Source: a virus (taxonomy: Duplodnaviria > Heunggongvirae > Uroviricota > Caudoviricetes). Taken from it: DNA of 64,000 nt. The translations under genes were made by a program, and so were the position numbers. Below are positions 8,613 through 17,754 of the stretch, one piece after another. Every line of letters begins with the position of its first letter. Within the stretch, counting starts at the first letter, position 1. The stretch is taken from the IMG/VR virus record IMGVR_UViG_3300008108_000037, positions 68,002 through 132,001 of that record. The stretch is one strand, 5' to 3'. The notes below the pieces were generated by a model. That model was not told the origin of the DNA. It saw only the letters and a list, made by a program, of their open reading frames with translations, and ran no database searches.

Positions 8613-10487
8613 TTATATTTTTGGTATTCCTCTGTTATGTGCTAAAATTCCATTAGCAAAAAAGTTATGATTATTTTTAATATCCTGTAAATTATAAACT
8701 AGAGTGGTTTCTTCTATCATGTTTATGTTCACAATTTTTGAGCTCCCCTTTAATAACTTTAAACAGTCTCCAATCTCTATCTTACCGATTTTAGATTCTA
8801 TAGTATACAGTTTATTAGATAGATTATTATCGAATGAAGACCATCCTTTATCTTCAACATATACTGGGTGATCTATGGTACATTTTAAAAATTCACCATT
8901 CTCTAATTCATACTCAACAATTCGGTCCACTTTTTTACTATAAACAGCATTTACTGTATTGGCCTCAATATTATTTGATAGCATGTTAAGTGTCAGTACA
9001 GAATCACCAGCAATAATATCCTCTATATTTTTTGTAACACCTTCCGAGATGGTTATTTTCGTGCCTGCAACGAAACATGGTGCATTGTGTGTTACGAATG
9101 AATTGACAGGAGTTGATCCTGCTATTATGTAGGTGTCAGTATCCTCAACATCAATTTCAACTAAGCTGAAATTGTTTTCATTAATTATTAATATTTCAGA
9201 ATTTGTGACCTGCGCTAATGATCCATCATAATCTACTAAGTAATCTGTCGTTGTTTTTATGTTTACAGATTGTTTCCATACGATCGAGTCCATTCCCTCG
9301 TCATAAACTAAGAAAGATTTATGAACCGACGTATAAATTGAATCCTCGTTATTATTTACTGTTATATTAGATAATGTTTTATTCAACAATTCTTTACTAT
9401 TTTTATATATAACAGTAGATGTCGTTAGATTAGATTCCGGTGGTAAGGTGTTTCCTGATATTTGCCAAGTTGGATATGTGAAGTCGTCTTCCGTTAAATC
9501 TGTTCCCCCTATATAATAAGATTTTATTTCTTCCCCGACAGAAATGTTCCCTATTTCTACCTCAGTATCATCAGATTTAATTATTAAATGCGTGTTTAAA
9601 ATGCCATCAATTATACCATCATATTTAATAAAATTTGTTGCAAACTCGTAATAATGTTTATTGTCTATCTTATTAATGTATTGGGCTTCATTATAAATTG
9701 ATTCGACAGGTAATTCAAATGCCGCACTTTCCTGAAATTGTCCTACGTGAATTAGGGACAGATCACCTCCGTAAATAATCGAGAAAGTTCTCACTGTGGA
9801 AACTTTATTATCTGAAACGGTTTGTGAACTTATGTGATATTTTTGTATTACGTTATTTTCTGTTGCCTTTTCGCTGATGAATACTCCCCATCGGCTTTGG
9901 TCTGTATCTTCAGTGGATTCGCTGCCTATTTTATAAAAATCTATAAGGGAATGTTCCGCATCGCTTATGTTTTTTATTAAGCAATCTGGCAAATTTCCCG
10001 AATTAAAATCCCTAGAAATCGTATCGTATTGTCCGAGTGAGGATGAATGATAAAACTCCGCAACGCTATCCTGCTCATTATAATCACAGAATAGCCTAAG
10101 TGTGTTTAATGTTCCCTTAGCATACTCGCTATCAAAAATGGCTGATTCGTCATACGCCATTCTCAGAACGAATAAGTCTGAAGCATCCTCAACAGGAGTC
10201 GGGTATATTCTGTTTGATTGCTCTTTTATCTCCTTAAATTCTGTGATAAATGGAGCGTTCGATGTCAATGATTCGGAAAGTTTATCGACTATATACTGAT
10301 GTATGTTCGGCTTATGTACTACCGTTACTCTTGTGATGTTATTGCTCTCTAAAACCGAGATAAGGTCGTTAAAATCCAGATAGACTAAATTATTAGTCGA
10401 AATAGTTGTGTCTGTATTTACTTCCAATAGTCTTAAATTGCCAACGCTATCCTCAATAAAATCCGCGGAAAAAAAGGTTCCTTTCAT
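8613..10487 (-). CDS. protein with C-terminal Hint (Hedgehog/intein-like) autoprocessing domain
   Basis: C-terminal ~150 aa: CFVAGTKITI (Hint block A nucleophile Cys), CTIDHPVYV (TxxH block B), VYNLQDIKNNHNFFANGILAHN then RGIPKI-stop (block G ending HN with no nucleophile following, so not a classical intein); N-terminal 460 aa of unknown function. Confidence 0.55.
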   Translation of the reverse strand: MKGTFFSADFIEDSVGNLRLLEVNTDTTISTNNLVYLDFNDLISVLESNNITRVTVVHKPNIHQYIVDKLSESLTSNAPFITEFKEIKEQSNRIYPTPVEDASDLFVLRMAYDESAIFDSEYAKGTLNTLRLFCDYNEQDSVAEFYHSSSLGQYDTISRDFNSGNLPDCLIKNISDAEHSLIDFYKIGSESTEDTDQSRWGVFISEKATENNVIQKYHISSQTVSDNKVSTVRTFSIIYGGDLSLIHVGQFQESAAFELPVESIYNEAQYINKIDNKHYYEFATNFIKYDGIIDGILNTHLIIKSDDTEVEIGNISVGEEIKSYYIGGTDLTEDDFTYPTWQISGNTLPPESNLTTSTVIYKNSKELLNKTLSNITVNNNEDSIYTSVHKSFLVYDEGMDSIVWKQSVNIKTTTDYLVDYDGSLAQVTNSEILIINENNFSLVEIDVEDTDTYIIAGSTPVNSFVTHNAPCFVAGTKITISEGVTKNIEDIIAGDSVLTLNMLSNNIEANTVNAVYSKKVDRIVEYELENGEFLKCTIDHPVYVEDKGWSSFDNNLSNKLYTIESKIGKIEIGDCLKLLKGSSKIVNINMIEETTLVYNLQDIKNNHNFFANGILAHNRGIPKI

Positions 10488-10527
10488 ACTTAATATTTTC
10501 TTTTATATCCCAATATAACAAAATGCA

Positions 10528-10737
10528 TCACTTTTTTAGACCATATTTTATATATCTATACCATACCCTCTCGTGTAAAAAATATAAGGCCATCTTGGTT
10601 ATCACCTCAAAGCCGCCAATGGCGATTCCTATTTTTATATTACCTGTTATGGCCCAGCTTAAAATAATCGTATCTAATGTTCCGACTATTCTCCATGTTA
10701 TAGTTTTAGCTATGTGTCTCTTTACCTGAGGCATCAA
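10528..10737 (-). CDS. DUF2061-like small membrane protein
   Basis: 69 aa, KRHIAKTITWRIVGTLDT...AIGGFEVITKMALYFLHERVW; this family is recalled as frequently adjacent to APS kinase genes. Confidence 0.3.
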   Translation of the reverse strand: MMPQVKRHIAKTITWRIVGTLDTIILSWAITGNIKIGIAIGGFEVITKMALYFLHERVWYRYIKYGLKK

Positions 10738-11077
10738 TTGTTCCCTCCCTTATTTTGGTACCGCTTATTAGCGCAATATTTTCTGGGGGCTCGTGGTAAA
10801 TAACCTCATAACCTACCCCTCTCCCATAATTGATTGATTCAATGTCGGGAATTATCGAAAGAAGTATTCTGTCAGAATTTTTAACAAAAAACGATTCTTT
10901 GGAAAGATCTTCCAAAATTTGTTGTGCTTTTTTTGGATTATTGGCATCTTGATCTACGTCCCTGATAGCGACCCAAATGTTTTTTCCCTTCTCTAACTGT
11001 TGATTAATAAGCCATTCGTGTCCTTTGTGCCAGTTCTGCCATCTACCTATATAGAGAGCATATTTTTTACCTTCCAT
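10706..11077 (-). CDS. HxGH-motif nucleotidyltransferase (cytidylyl/adenylyltransferase superfamily)
   Basis: YIGRWQNWHKGHEWLI = (H/T)xGH signature; C-terminal ISGTKIREG = ISxTxIR motif of the cytidylyltransferase family; 123 aa. Confidence 0.5.
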   Translation of the reverse strand: MEGKKYALYIGRWQNWHKGHEWLINQQLEKGKNIWVAIRDVDQDANNPKKAQQILEDLSKESFFVKNSDRILLSIIPDIESINYGRGVGYEVIYHEPPENIALISGTKIREGTIDASGKETHS

Positions 11078-11083
11078 TAATAT

Positions 11084-11512
11084 TTATACGCGCAGAAGGA
11101 GACAAAGTTCCACGAAAGATCTTTCTATGCTGGATCCGTTTCGAAAAATTAAAAAGTTTTCCTCAGGACCTTCAAAATTTTTAACGTGTAACTTTTCCTT
11201 CCCTCCGTAATCGTTCCTGGAAAATAAAACCTCTACAACATCGTTATTTTGCTTTAGATCTTCCCTTATAGCACGATAAGGACAAACCATACTTATCACC
11301 ACGTTATGTCCTTTAACCGACATAAAACGAGCTATAGTGAAGGACCTTTCTATGTTCTTGATCCTGCCAGAATAAGAATAGTCAGTATTGGGGAATATTT
11401 CCCTCAGATCATCGCCATCTATCCATACAGTTCCCATTCCTAATCTTCTAACTAAGAGCTCTGCCATTGTAGTTTTACCCGATCCTGGCTGTCCTATTAA
11501 TAGGTATATCAT
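11084..11512 (-). CDS. cysC: adenylylsulfate (APS) kinase
   Basis: P-loop LIGQPGSGKTT, IDGDDLRE (APS kinase LDGDNxR-like block), ISMVCPYRAIREDL (CysC SPYxxxR-like block); 142 aa. Confidence 0.6.
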   Translation of the reverse strand: MIYLLIGQPGSGKTTMAELLVRRLGMGTVWIDGDDLREIFPNTDYSYSGRIKNIERSFTIARFMSVKGHNVVISMVCPYRAIREDLKQNNDVVEVLFSRNDYGGKEKLHVKNFEGPEENFLIFRNGSSIERSFVELCLLLRV

Positions 11513-11674
11513 AGTAAAGTAATATCTAGTGGTTATAAATAAATGGGTCTCTTTTTCTTAGTTCCTCCAGTTTTTTCTTAAATCTTTTTTTCCTTTTATA
11601 GTTGTCTATACTTTTCTTTATCCAACTGAAAAGAATCAATCCCCTTAAGAACACAAAGAATTTTCTAAAGTGCT

Positions 11675-12022
11675 TCATTTATAATTATTTTTAAATTCCT
11701 CTAATCCCATGGCTTTATCGTCGATTAGGTAGTCATAATGCAATTTTCCCATTATCAGTCCATGGTGATTTATTCCCCATTCTTTTAAACTATCCAGGGT
11801 AAGAACATAAAGACTGTTATAAACCTTAACCAGATCTCCATTGAACTGTCCCATTCCCCTAGCAGTGTAAATGTAAATGGTGTGACCCTCATCATAAAGT
11901 TTATTCGATTTATCAATCATGTGCTTTATGGGTACACAATGTTTATATTTATCTGGGCCAAGGTGTTCCAGATTTTTATCCCGGGTACATAATGTATCGT
12001 CTAAATCAAATGCGTAAATCAT
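11675..12022 (-). CDS. HAD-superfamily phosphatase-like protein
   Basis: IYAFDLDDTLC = HAD motif I DxDxT. Confidence 0.45.
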   Translation of the reverse strand: MIYAFDLDDTLCTRDKNLEHLGPDKYKHCVPIKHMIDKSNKLYDEGHTIYIYTARGMGQFNGDLVKVYNSLYVLTLDSLKEWGINHHGLIMGKLHYDYLIDDKAMGLEEFKNNYK

Positions 12023-12123
12023 AGCGTTAGTTCTTTTAATATGTATTCTGATAATATAATATGGAATATCTCACCATAATGAAGATCTTCAACTTTTCCT
12101 TGGTGTCTCCAAAGACCCAAAGA

Positions 12124-13083
12124 TTATTGGACATAACTGAGCAGTCTTATTAATCTTTGCTTTATGTTATTTTTAATCGTTTCATCCATAGAATAATCCA
12201 TTTTAATAATATTATTTAATTTTTGATAGTTATAGTGACCGCAAACCATTATTAATTTTCTTTTATTCGAAAAATCAAAATTCAGATCTACCCACTTTTC
12301 CCATTTTTTAGAATCGTAGCATACCTCGTAAAACATGTCTATCTGATCCTTTTCCATAAAATCTATTATCGTTTCCGTTTCAATTTGTGCTATTTCTGGC
12401 CCAATATTCAAACTATTCAATCCTCTTTTAAATCTTACAACAATATCCGGCCAATCAAGATAATCGCCATTATGTTCCTTTGATTTCTTTCCATATGATT
12501 TGCATATTCCGATCATAGATTCTAAATCTTCTATATTGAATTTTCCTATATTTTTTTTATTAGCTATATCTAAACCCACCCCCGATTGAATACACACATA
12601 TTCTATTTTTTCAAATTCATCCCCGGTTAGACCAATTTGTAATTCTCTCAAAAAAAAATCCAGATCTTCAGTGGTAATTTTTTTGATTGCCTCTTCTGTC
12701 CCAACTTCAAATAAGATGTTTGAATTTAATTTGTGAATGAATTTAATGTTTTCGATTGTTTCTTTTGTCCCAGATTCGATATCTTGGTATTTTTTCCATG
12801 GATCTATGTGTACGATATCAAGATACTTGGAGTCATTAAAATAAGATTCATATTCGTCAGTGTCTCCTTGCCCTATTCCCCCATGATCCCTTTCTATTAT
12901 TATTTCGGATCTTTCTTTGACATAATTCTTGAATGCTTCGGTTGTCCAATTATTAACATATCCTCCATTAAATTCTATCTGTCTTCTGCTTGGCAATAAT
13001 CCTATCTTTTTAGAGCCCAATTCTATGACTGCATCCACTATGTTTTTAGACATTGGACATATGAAATAATTTATTTCAGACAT
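12124..13083 (-). CDS. GatZ/KbaZ-like (tagatose-bisphosphate aldolase accessory/tagatose-6-P kinase family) protein
   Basis: N-terminal YFICPMSKNIVDAVIE and IIERDHGGIGQG resemble GatZ ICSxxSAHP...GGDHLGP blocks; assignment from memory only. Confidence 0.25.
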   Translation of the reverse strand: MSEINYFICPMSKNIVDAVIELGSKKIGLLPSRRQIEFNGGYVNNWTTEAFKNYVKERSEIIIERDHGGIGQGDTDEYESYFNDSKYLDIVHIDPWKKYQDIESGTKETIENIKFIHKLNSNILFEVGTEEAIKKITTEDLDFFLRELQIGLTGDEFEKIEYVCIQSGVGLDIANKKNIGKFNIEDLESMIGICKSYGKKSKEHNGDYLDWPDIVVRFKRGLNSLNIGPEIAQIETETIIDFMEKDQIDMFYEVCYDSKKWEKWVDLNFDFSNKRKLIMVCGHYNYQKLNNIIKMDYSMDETIKNNIKQRLIRLLSYVQ

Positions 13084-13732
13084 ATTCTATTCCCGTGTAT
13101 ATTTTAAACTGTTCGATAGCTTGATATCTTGACATTAATTTTCCGCTTTCGAATTCTGTTCTTGCTTCGATAATCCGACCGTTTGTGCAAACGTCCACTG
13201 GAGTTGCATTAAAAATCCACCCATCCAAACTTTCAATTTTGCTCCAGTTTTTCCTTTCTATTATTTCATACTCTATTCCCCGAATTCTACACACATATTG
13301 GACTGCTAGACTAAAACCTCCATTTCCCAGTATGGCTATTTTTTTAACTTCCCTTGGTAAATATTTATCTATGCCAATCCAGTCTGTGTTGTAACCGAGT
13401 AATTTGTTATCAACTATTTTAACAGTATTACACGAACCAATATCTGCGACGGAAGAATCACACCAATCTAAATAATCTAATATTTGCACTTTATACGGCA
13501 TGCTAATTGCAAATCCACCAAATTTTAAGTTCTTAGCGGATTCTACCGATAATTCTATATCGTCGCTATAAAATGATTTATAAATTGCATCAACTGAATA
13601 CTTCTGAAAAGCACTATTGAAAAAATGACATCCATTATTTCCTGGGTTCTTTGAAAAAGATCCGAATATCTTAGTATCCTTGTTTATCAACACCTGCGAC
13701 ATTTTATAGTGATAATAATATATTTTCAGCAA
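13076..13732 (-). CDS. shikimate/quinate dehydrogenase-family oxidoreductase
   Basis: GGFAISMPYK, NTVKI, GYNTDWIG (AroE substrate-domain motifs) followed by IAILGNGGFSLA (NAD(P) Rossmann). Confidence 0.5.
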   Translation of the reverse strand: MLKIYYYHYKMSQVLINKDTKIFGSFSKNPGNNGCHFFNSAFQKYSVDAIYKSFYSDDIELSVESAKNLKFGGFAISMPYKVQILDYLDWCDSSVADIGSCNTVKIVDNKLLGYNTDWIGIDKYLPREVKKIAILGNGGFSLAVQYVCRIRGIEYEIIERKNWSKIESLDGWIFNATPVDVCTNGRIIEARTEFESGKLMSRYQAIEQFKIYTGIEYV

Positions 13733-14489
13733 TTATATACTGTCCAGTTTCGTTTGGGTGATGATCGTTAACTAATTCTTCCCAAAATTTTGTATCATAA
13801 TTTTTATATCTGTCAGAATATCTTAAGCATTCATTTGATGTAAACCTCTGAGCGTCGATATTAAATTCATCATCATCTAGCGGAAAGTAAATAATTCTGC
13901 TTGGATGAGTAATTGTTTTAATGACATTTTCTTTCCTTTTTTGCGTGGAATTTACATCTTTAGGATGTATAGGGTTTAAAAACCAATATTTAACTGTCGC
14001 ACCTATTTTATTTTCCAAATAATCAAAAACAGGAAGTACGTTTTTAAATCCAAGAATTAATAATTCAATTCTAAAATCTAAAACGAAATCTACGTATTTT
14101 TTCATTTTTTCTTCATCATAAAATTTTTCACTCCTGAAATAATCAATCTGATGCCAATCAAAATCTATCAATACGTCATTTATTTCAAATATGTCTTTAC
14201 TAGACCACGATTCTCTTACGTGGTTTTCGTTAACAAAAGGTACAGGGAACCTATCTGGGTATGTAAACTCGAAAACCACTAAATCCCCCTTCTTTATTTT
14301 TTCCATCTGCCTGAACAGCTTTACCGTAGATTCAAAATTGGATTGACCACTAAACCCGTTATTTACAAAATTGAATCCAATTTTTTCGGCTAATATTTCT
14401 GGCCAAAATTTCAAGCCGTATTCTTTTTCGTGATGTGGAGAATGAGTCCAACTACATCCGTAAGCCCATAGTGTGTTTTTTGTAATCAT
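13704..14489 (-). CDS. SGNH hydrolase-like protein (divergent paralog)
   Basis: N-terminal TLWAYGCSWTHSP aligns with the FG(D/C)S(F/W)T block of the other six paralogs (Asp replaced by Cys, as in 17095-17754). Confidence 0.35.
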   Translation of the reverse strand: MITKNTLWAYGCSWTHSPHHEKEYGLKFWPEILAEKIGFNFVNNGFSGQSNFESTVKLFRQMEKIKKGDLVVFEFTYPDRFPVPFVNENHVRESWSSKDIFEINDVLIDFDWHQIDYFRSEKFYDEEKMKKYVDFVLDFRIELLILGFKNVLPVFDYLENKIGATVKYWFLNPIHPKDVNSTQKRKENVIKTITHPSRIIYFPLDDDEFNIDAQRFTSNECLRYSDRYKNYDTKFWEELVNDHHPNETGQYIIAENILLSL

Positions 14490-16383
14490 CTAGAATTTCT
14501 ATAGATTTGAACCATAACATTTTACCAAATTTTCCATCGTGTAATGGAGACATATTTAGAAATATCAGGCCTGTTATAAATTTAATCTTATCGAGATCGA
14601 ATCCGTTTTTCCTGATCCATCCCTCATATTCAGATCTAAACTTAATTAGATTCTTTGAGATATGATATTCATATTTAATAGAATAAGATCCTTCAAAGTA
14701 TGTGATATTACTGTCATCTTTCATTAAATTGTATGGGATTATTAATCCGCCATAAAACTTAGAAAGATCGTAATAAATGTCTCCAGATTCTACATTTTCT
14801 CCAAAGCAGTCTCTCCAGTCTATGTAATAGTATTCGCCATCTTCCGATAATATCATATTATCAAAGTGGAGATCACCATGAAAATTAGAATAGAAAGGAT
14901 TCTCGTAAAGACAGTCAAATATTTTTTCATCAGATAATATAAGATCCAAAGATGGTCTTTTAATTTCGTTTATTTCATGATCAGAAACAAAATAACTTTC
15001 TCCATATTTAGCAAGAAATGATTCTAGTCTTTTATGGGTTTTGTCGACATAAAACTTTTTAAGATCTTCTATGTTTGCAGGGATTGTCTCCTTGGTGAGG
15101 AATTCCAGCTTTGTCAAAAACCTACTAAAATCCCCCAGTTCCCCGCGATCGTATAAAGTTTTACCTTCTATCCAATCGTAATAAAGAAAATTCCCAGCAA
15201 CATTGAAATTTGGGGGAACCAAGCCTCTTAAAATTTCTCCTCTAATTTTCCTTCTTTCTAGCAGATCTCTATCTTGTGTAAACTTTAAAAATTTACCCCC
15301 GTCCTTATAGGTTATTTCTCCTATGTCTTTTTTCAAAGATAGCGGTTTATCATTAAAGTACTGTCTAGCTTTATCTAGATCGTCTAGATTTCCGGTATCT
15401 AGCCATTTTAACTTTTTTGCCTTTAGACTTGTATAGACTTGAGGTGATTCAAATGCAGAAACTAATTCACCGCTTTTAATATTTTCTTTAAGCTCTTTCC
15501 AGAAAGTGGAGTAATCTGATATTCCTCCGAAACCAACAAATGCTAGATCGTATCCGTCAGTACTTTTGTTAACGAAAGATGTTATATTTTCTTTATCGTC
15601 CATCTTCACCGTGGAGTATTTTTCTGGATATGATGTTGAATGAACCCCTAACCAGTTACCGTTTATTCCAGGGATCGGAGAATCTATGATACAATCTCCC
15701 ATTATAAAATAAAAAGGTCTTTGAAGATGCTCGGAGCACAACAGAGCGCTTGTACCTGGCCCAGTTTGCGAAGGATCATAATTCTCGACATTTACGAATG
15801 TAAATTTGTGATCTGGATAAACTAGATTACAATACTCTTTGACGGAATCTCCCTTGTATCCAATAGCTATGATAAAGTCATATTCCTTAGGGAATTTTTC
15901 TATTATGTAGGATATGATAGCCCGATTGTTTACCGGCAATAAAGTTTTATTTATGTTGTCTGTTAATTTTTTTAGACGGCTACCTAAGCCTGCACATAAT
16001 ATTAAAACCGCGGGAGTTTTATGCTCGCTTTCGATCTTTCCATCAGGTCTATTTGTATCATCCTCCACTCGTATTACATCGTCGACCTCCGGGGTAGAAA
16101 CTTCTTGCATTATCAGGTCGGTCAAAGCAATTACCCTGTGTTTTTTAGGAGGAATTACGTTATAGTATTGACCTGGGCCGTACACCTCCTTAACAATTTC
16201 ACCTTGATCATTCTCCAGCCAAATTTCTGCTTGTCCCGATATGATATAGTTAGTTTCTTTTTTAAAGTTGTGATACTGTAAAGATGTTTTATATCCCTCG
16301 TTTATATAGATTCTTTTATAACAATAAGAATCATTAAGTTCTATCCATTCTTCTTTACCCCACGGTTTATAAATTGTTTTCAT
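14452..16383 (-). CDS. tri-domain nucleotide-sugar activation enzyme: cupin + sugar-phosphate nucleotidyltransferase + APH/choline-kinase-like kinase
   Basis: N-terminal KPWGKEEW...SLQYHNFKKETNYIISGQA (mannose-6-P isomerase type II cupin); LILCAGLGSRLKKLTDNINKTLLPV (AGGxGTRLxPLT...KPLLPV nucleotidyltransferase signature); C-terminal HGDLHFDNMI and YYIDWRDC (Brenner HGDxxxxN kinase motif and DxD). Confidence 0.55.
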   Translation of the reverse strand: MKTIYKPWGKEEWIELNDSYCYKRIYINEGYKTSLQYHNFKKETNYIISGQAEIWLENDQGEIVKEVYGPGQYYNVIPPKKHRVIALTDLIMQEVSTPEVDDVIRVEDDTNRPDGKIESEHKTPAVLILCAGLGSRLKKLTDNINKTLLPVNNRAIISYIIEKFPKEYDFIIAIGYKGDSVKEYCNLVYPDHKFTFVNVENYDPSQTGPGTSALLCSEHLQRPFYFIMGDCIIDSPIPGINGNWLGVHSTSYPEKYSTVKMDDKENITSFVNKSTDGYDLAFVGFGGISDYSTFWKELKENIKSGELVSAFESPQVYTSLKAKKLKWLDTGNLDDLDKARQYFNDKPLSLKKDIGEITYKDGGKFLKFTQDRDLLERRKIRGEILRGLVPPNFNVAGNFLYYDWIEGKTLYDRGELGDFSRFLTKLEFLTKETIPANIEDLKKFYVDKTHKRLESFLAKYGESYFVSDHEINEIKRPSLDLILSDEKIFDCLYENPFYSNFHGDLHFDNMILSEDGEYYYIDWRDCFGENVESGDIYYDLSKFYGGLIIPYNLMKDDSNITYFEGSYSIKYEYHISKNLIKFRSEYEGWIRKNGFDLDKIKFITGLIFLNMSPLHDGKFGKMLWFKSIEILDDYKKHTMGLRM

Positions 16384-17098
16384 GATATTGATCTTGATTA
16401 TTTCCCCAATCCATCGTTTTTTGGAATATCGTATTTATAGATATCTCTTCTTTATTTAACTGTCTAGAGTTAGCCCTTACAGTAACGACAGATGTTCTTG
16501 GAATTTTTTTAATTTTTATTTCACTTAGTAAAATGTGTTTGGCTAAGTGATGATGCATGGAGCCGTTACATTCGTTTCCGTCTAATCTTTCCGGTATATT
16601 ATCAATTAATTTTTCGATTAGATCATATTTACCAAAGAAAAAAATATCCTGTATGAATAATTCTTCCCCGTTATTTCTAATCTCTTCTAACCCGTATACA
16701 GATCCCTCTCTTAAATCCTCATCCGAATTTATATTCTCAAAATCGAAATTAAAATCAAAATAATTATCAGGTCTTGTTAGCATGATATAATCATATTTTA
16801 TACCGCTTTTTTTGATCATTTTAAGCCCGGATTTCCAGTGGAATATCATCTTTTCTGGATTGGTTAATTCAGAAAACACATCATCTAATATTAAAACATT
16901 TGCGTCTTTAATATGATCTAATATTCTTTTTTCTGTGACTTCCTCGTCGATTATGATGTCTAGTTTTTTATTTTTTTGCTTGGATCTAGACCATGTTGAA
17001 AAATAAACCTCGCAATCAAACTTGCTTAAAAAATTCCAAGAAGTAACAGCAATATCAAATTCCCTATACATCCCATAAACCAAAATTGCAATTTTCAT
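16367..17098 (-). CDS. hypothetical protein, third copy of the MKIAI..SG domain found twice in 17751-19532
   Basis: MKIAILVYGMYREFD...EVYFSTWS parallels MKIAICFSGQIRR...DYFIHTWD and MKIAICLSGQFRT...DFFCHAWN. Confidence 0.3.
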   Translation of the reverse strand: MKIAILVYGMYREFDIAVTSWNFLSKFDCEVYFSTWSRSKQKNKKLDIIIDEEVTEKRILDHIKDANVLILDDVFSELTNPEKMIFHWKSGLKMIKKSGIKYDYIMLTRPDNYFDFNFDFENINSDEDLREGSVYGLEEIRNNGEELFIQDIFFFGKYDLIEKLIDNIPERLDGNECNGSMHHHLAKHILLSEIKIKKIPRTSVVTVRANSRQLNKEEISINTIFQKTMDWGNNQDQYHENNL

Positions 17099-17754
17099 AT
17101 GATTTTTACCTTTGATTTTATTTCATTTTCTATGTATTGGCAAAAATCCCTATGACCCTTGAATGACCAGTGATGGTTTACTATTTCTCCCTTTGTTGCA
17201 TTGACTATTAATTCAAATTTTTCCCAGAGACTTTCTACATCCCAGATATAGCAGAGATTTACTCCTCTATCTTTTAGTAGTCTTTCTCTCAAAAAATTCA
17301 GTCTAAAATCGTGTCTGATAGAATAAGCTTTCTGTGTTGCAAATTCTATTGAAAACATTTTTATGGTCTCTATCTGCTCGTTGGTAAATAATCCAACGGT
17401 TGCATCTTCAAACCATTTTTGTACGTCTTTTTCCCCTCCCCTATAAACTATAGATTTGACTTCCGGTGAATCATTTTCTTTCGGAAAGTCAAATCTGTGT
17501 GACCAGGTTTTACCTATTATTACTATATCGTCCTTAGAAATATCCTCCCAGTTTTTTATTATAGTATCAATAATAGTATCGTTAGACACCCCAGGTAAAC
17601 CTTTATTTTGTAGAGCATAGTTTATTTTTCTGGATAATAATTTATTCCAAGAAAGGTCATCATCTTTTAACCTATATCTTTGATAATATAGATCATGATC
17701 TAATGTGCCGTCTCCGTATGTAAAAGAACATCCAAATGTCCAGATTTTATTCAT
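17095..17754 (-). CDS. SGNH hydrolase-like protein (GCS variant)
   Basis: N-terminal IWTFGCSFTYGDG; paralog family. Confidence 0.4.
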   Translation of the reverse strand: MNKIWTFGCSFTYGDGTLDHDLYYQRYRLKDDDLSWNKLLSRKINYALQNKGLPGVSNDTIIDTIIKNWEDISKDDIVIIGKTWSHRFDFPKENDSPEVKSIVYRGGEKDVQKWFEDATVGLFTNEQIETIKMFSIEFATQKAYSIRHDFRLNFLRERLLKDRGVNLCYIWDVESLWEKFELIVNATKGEIVNHHWSFKGHRDFCQYIENEIKSKVKII

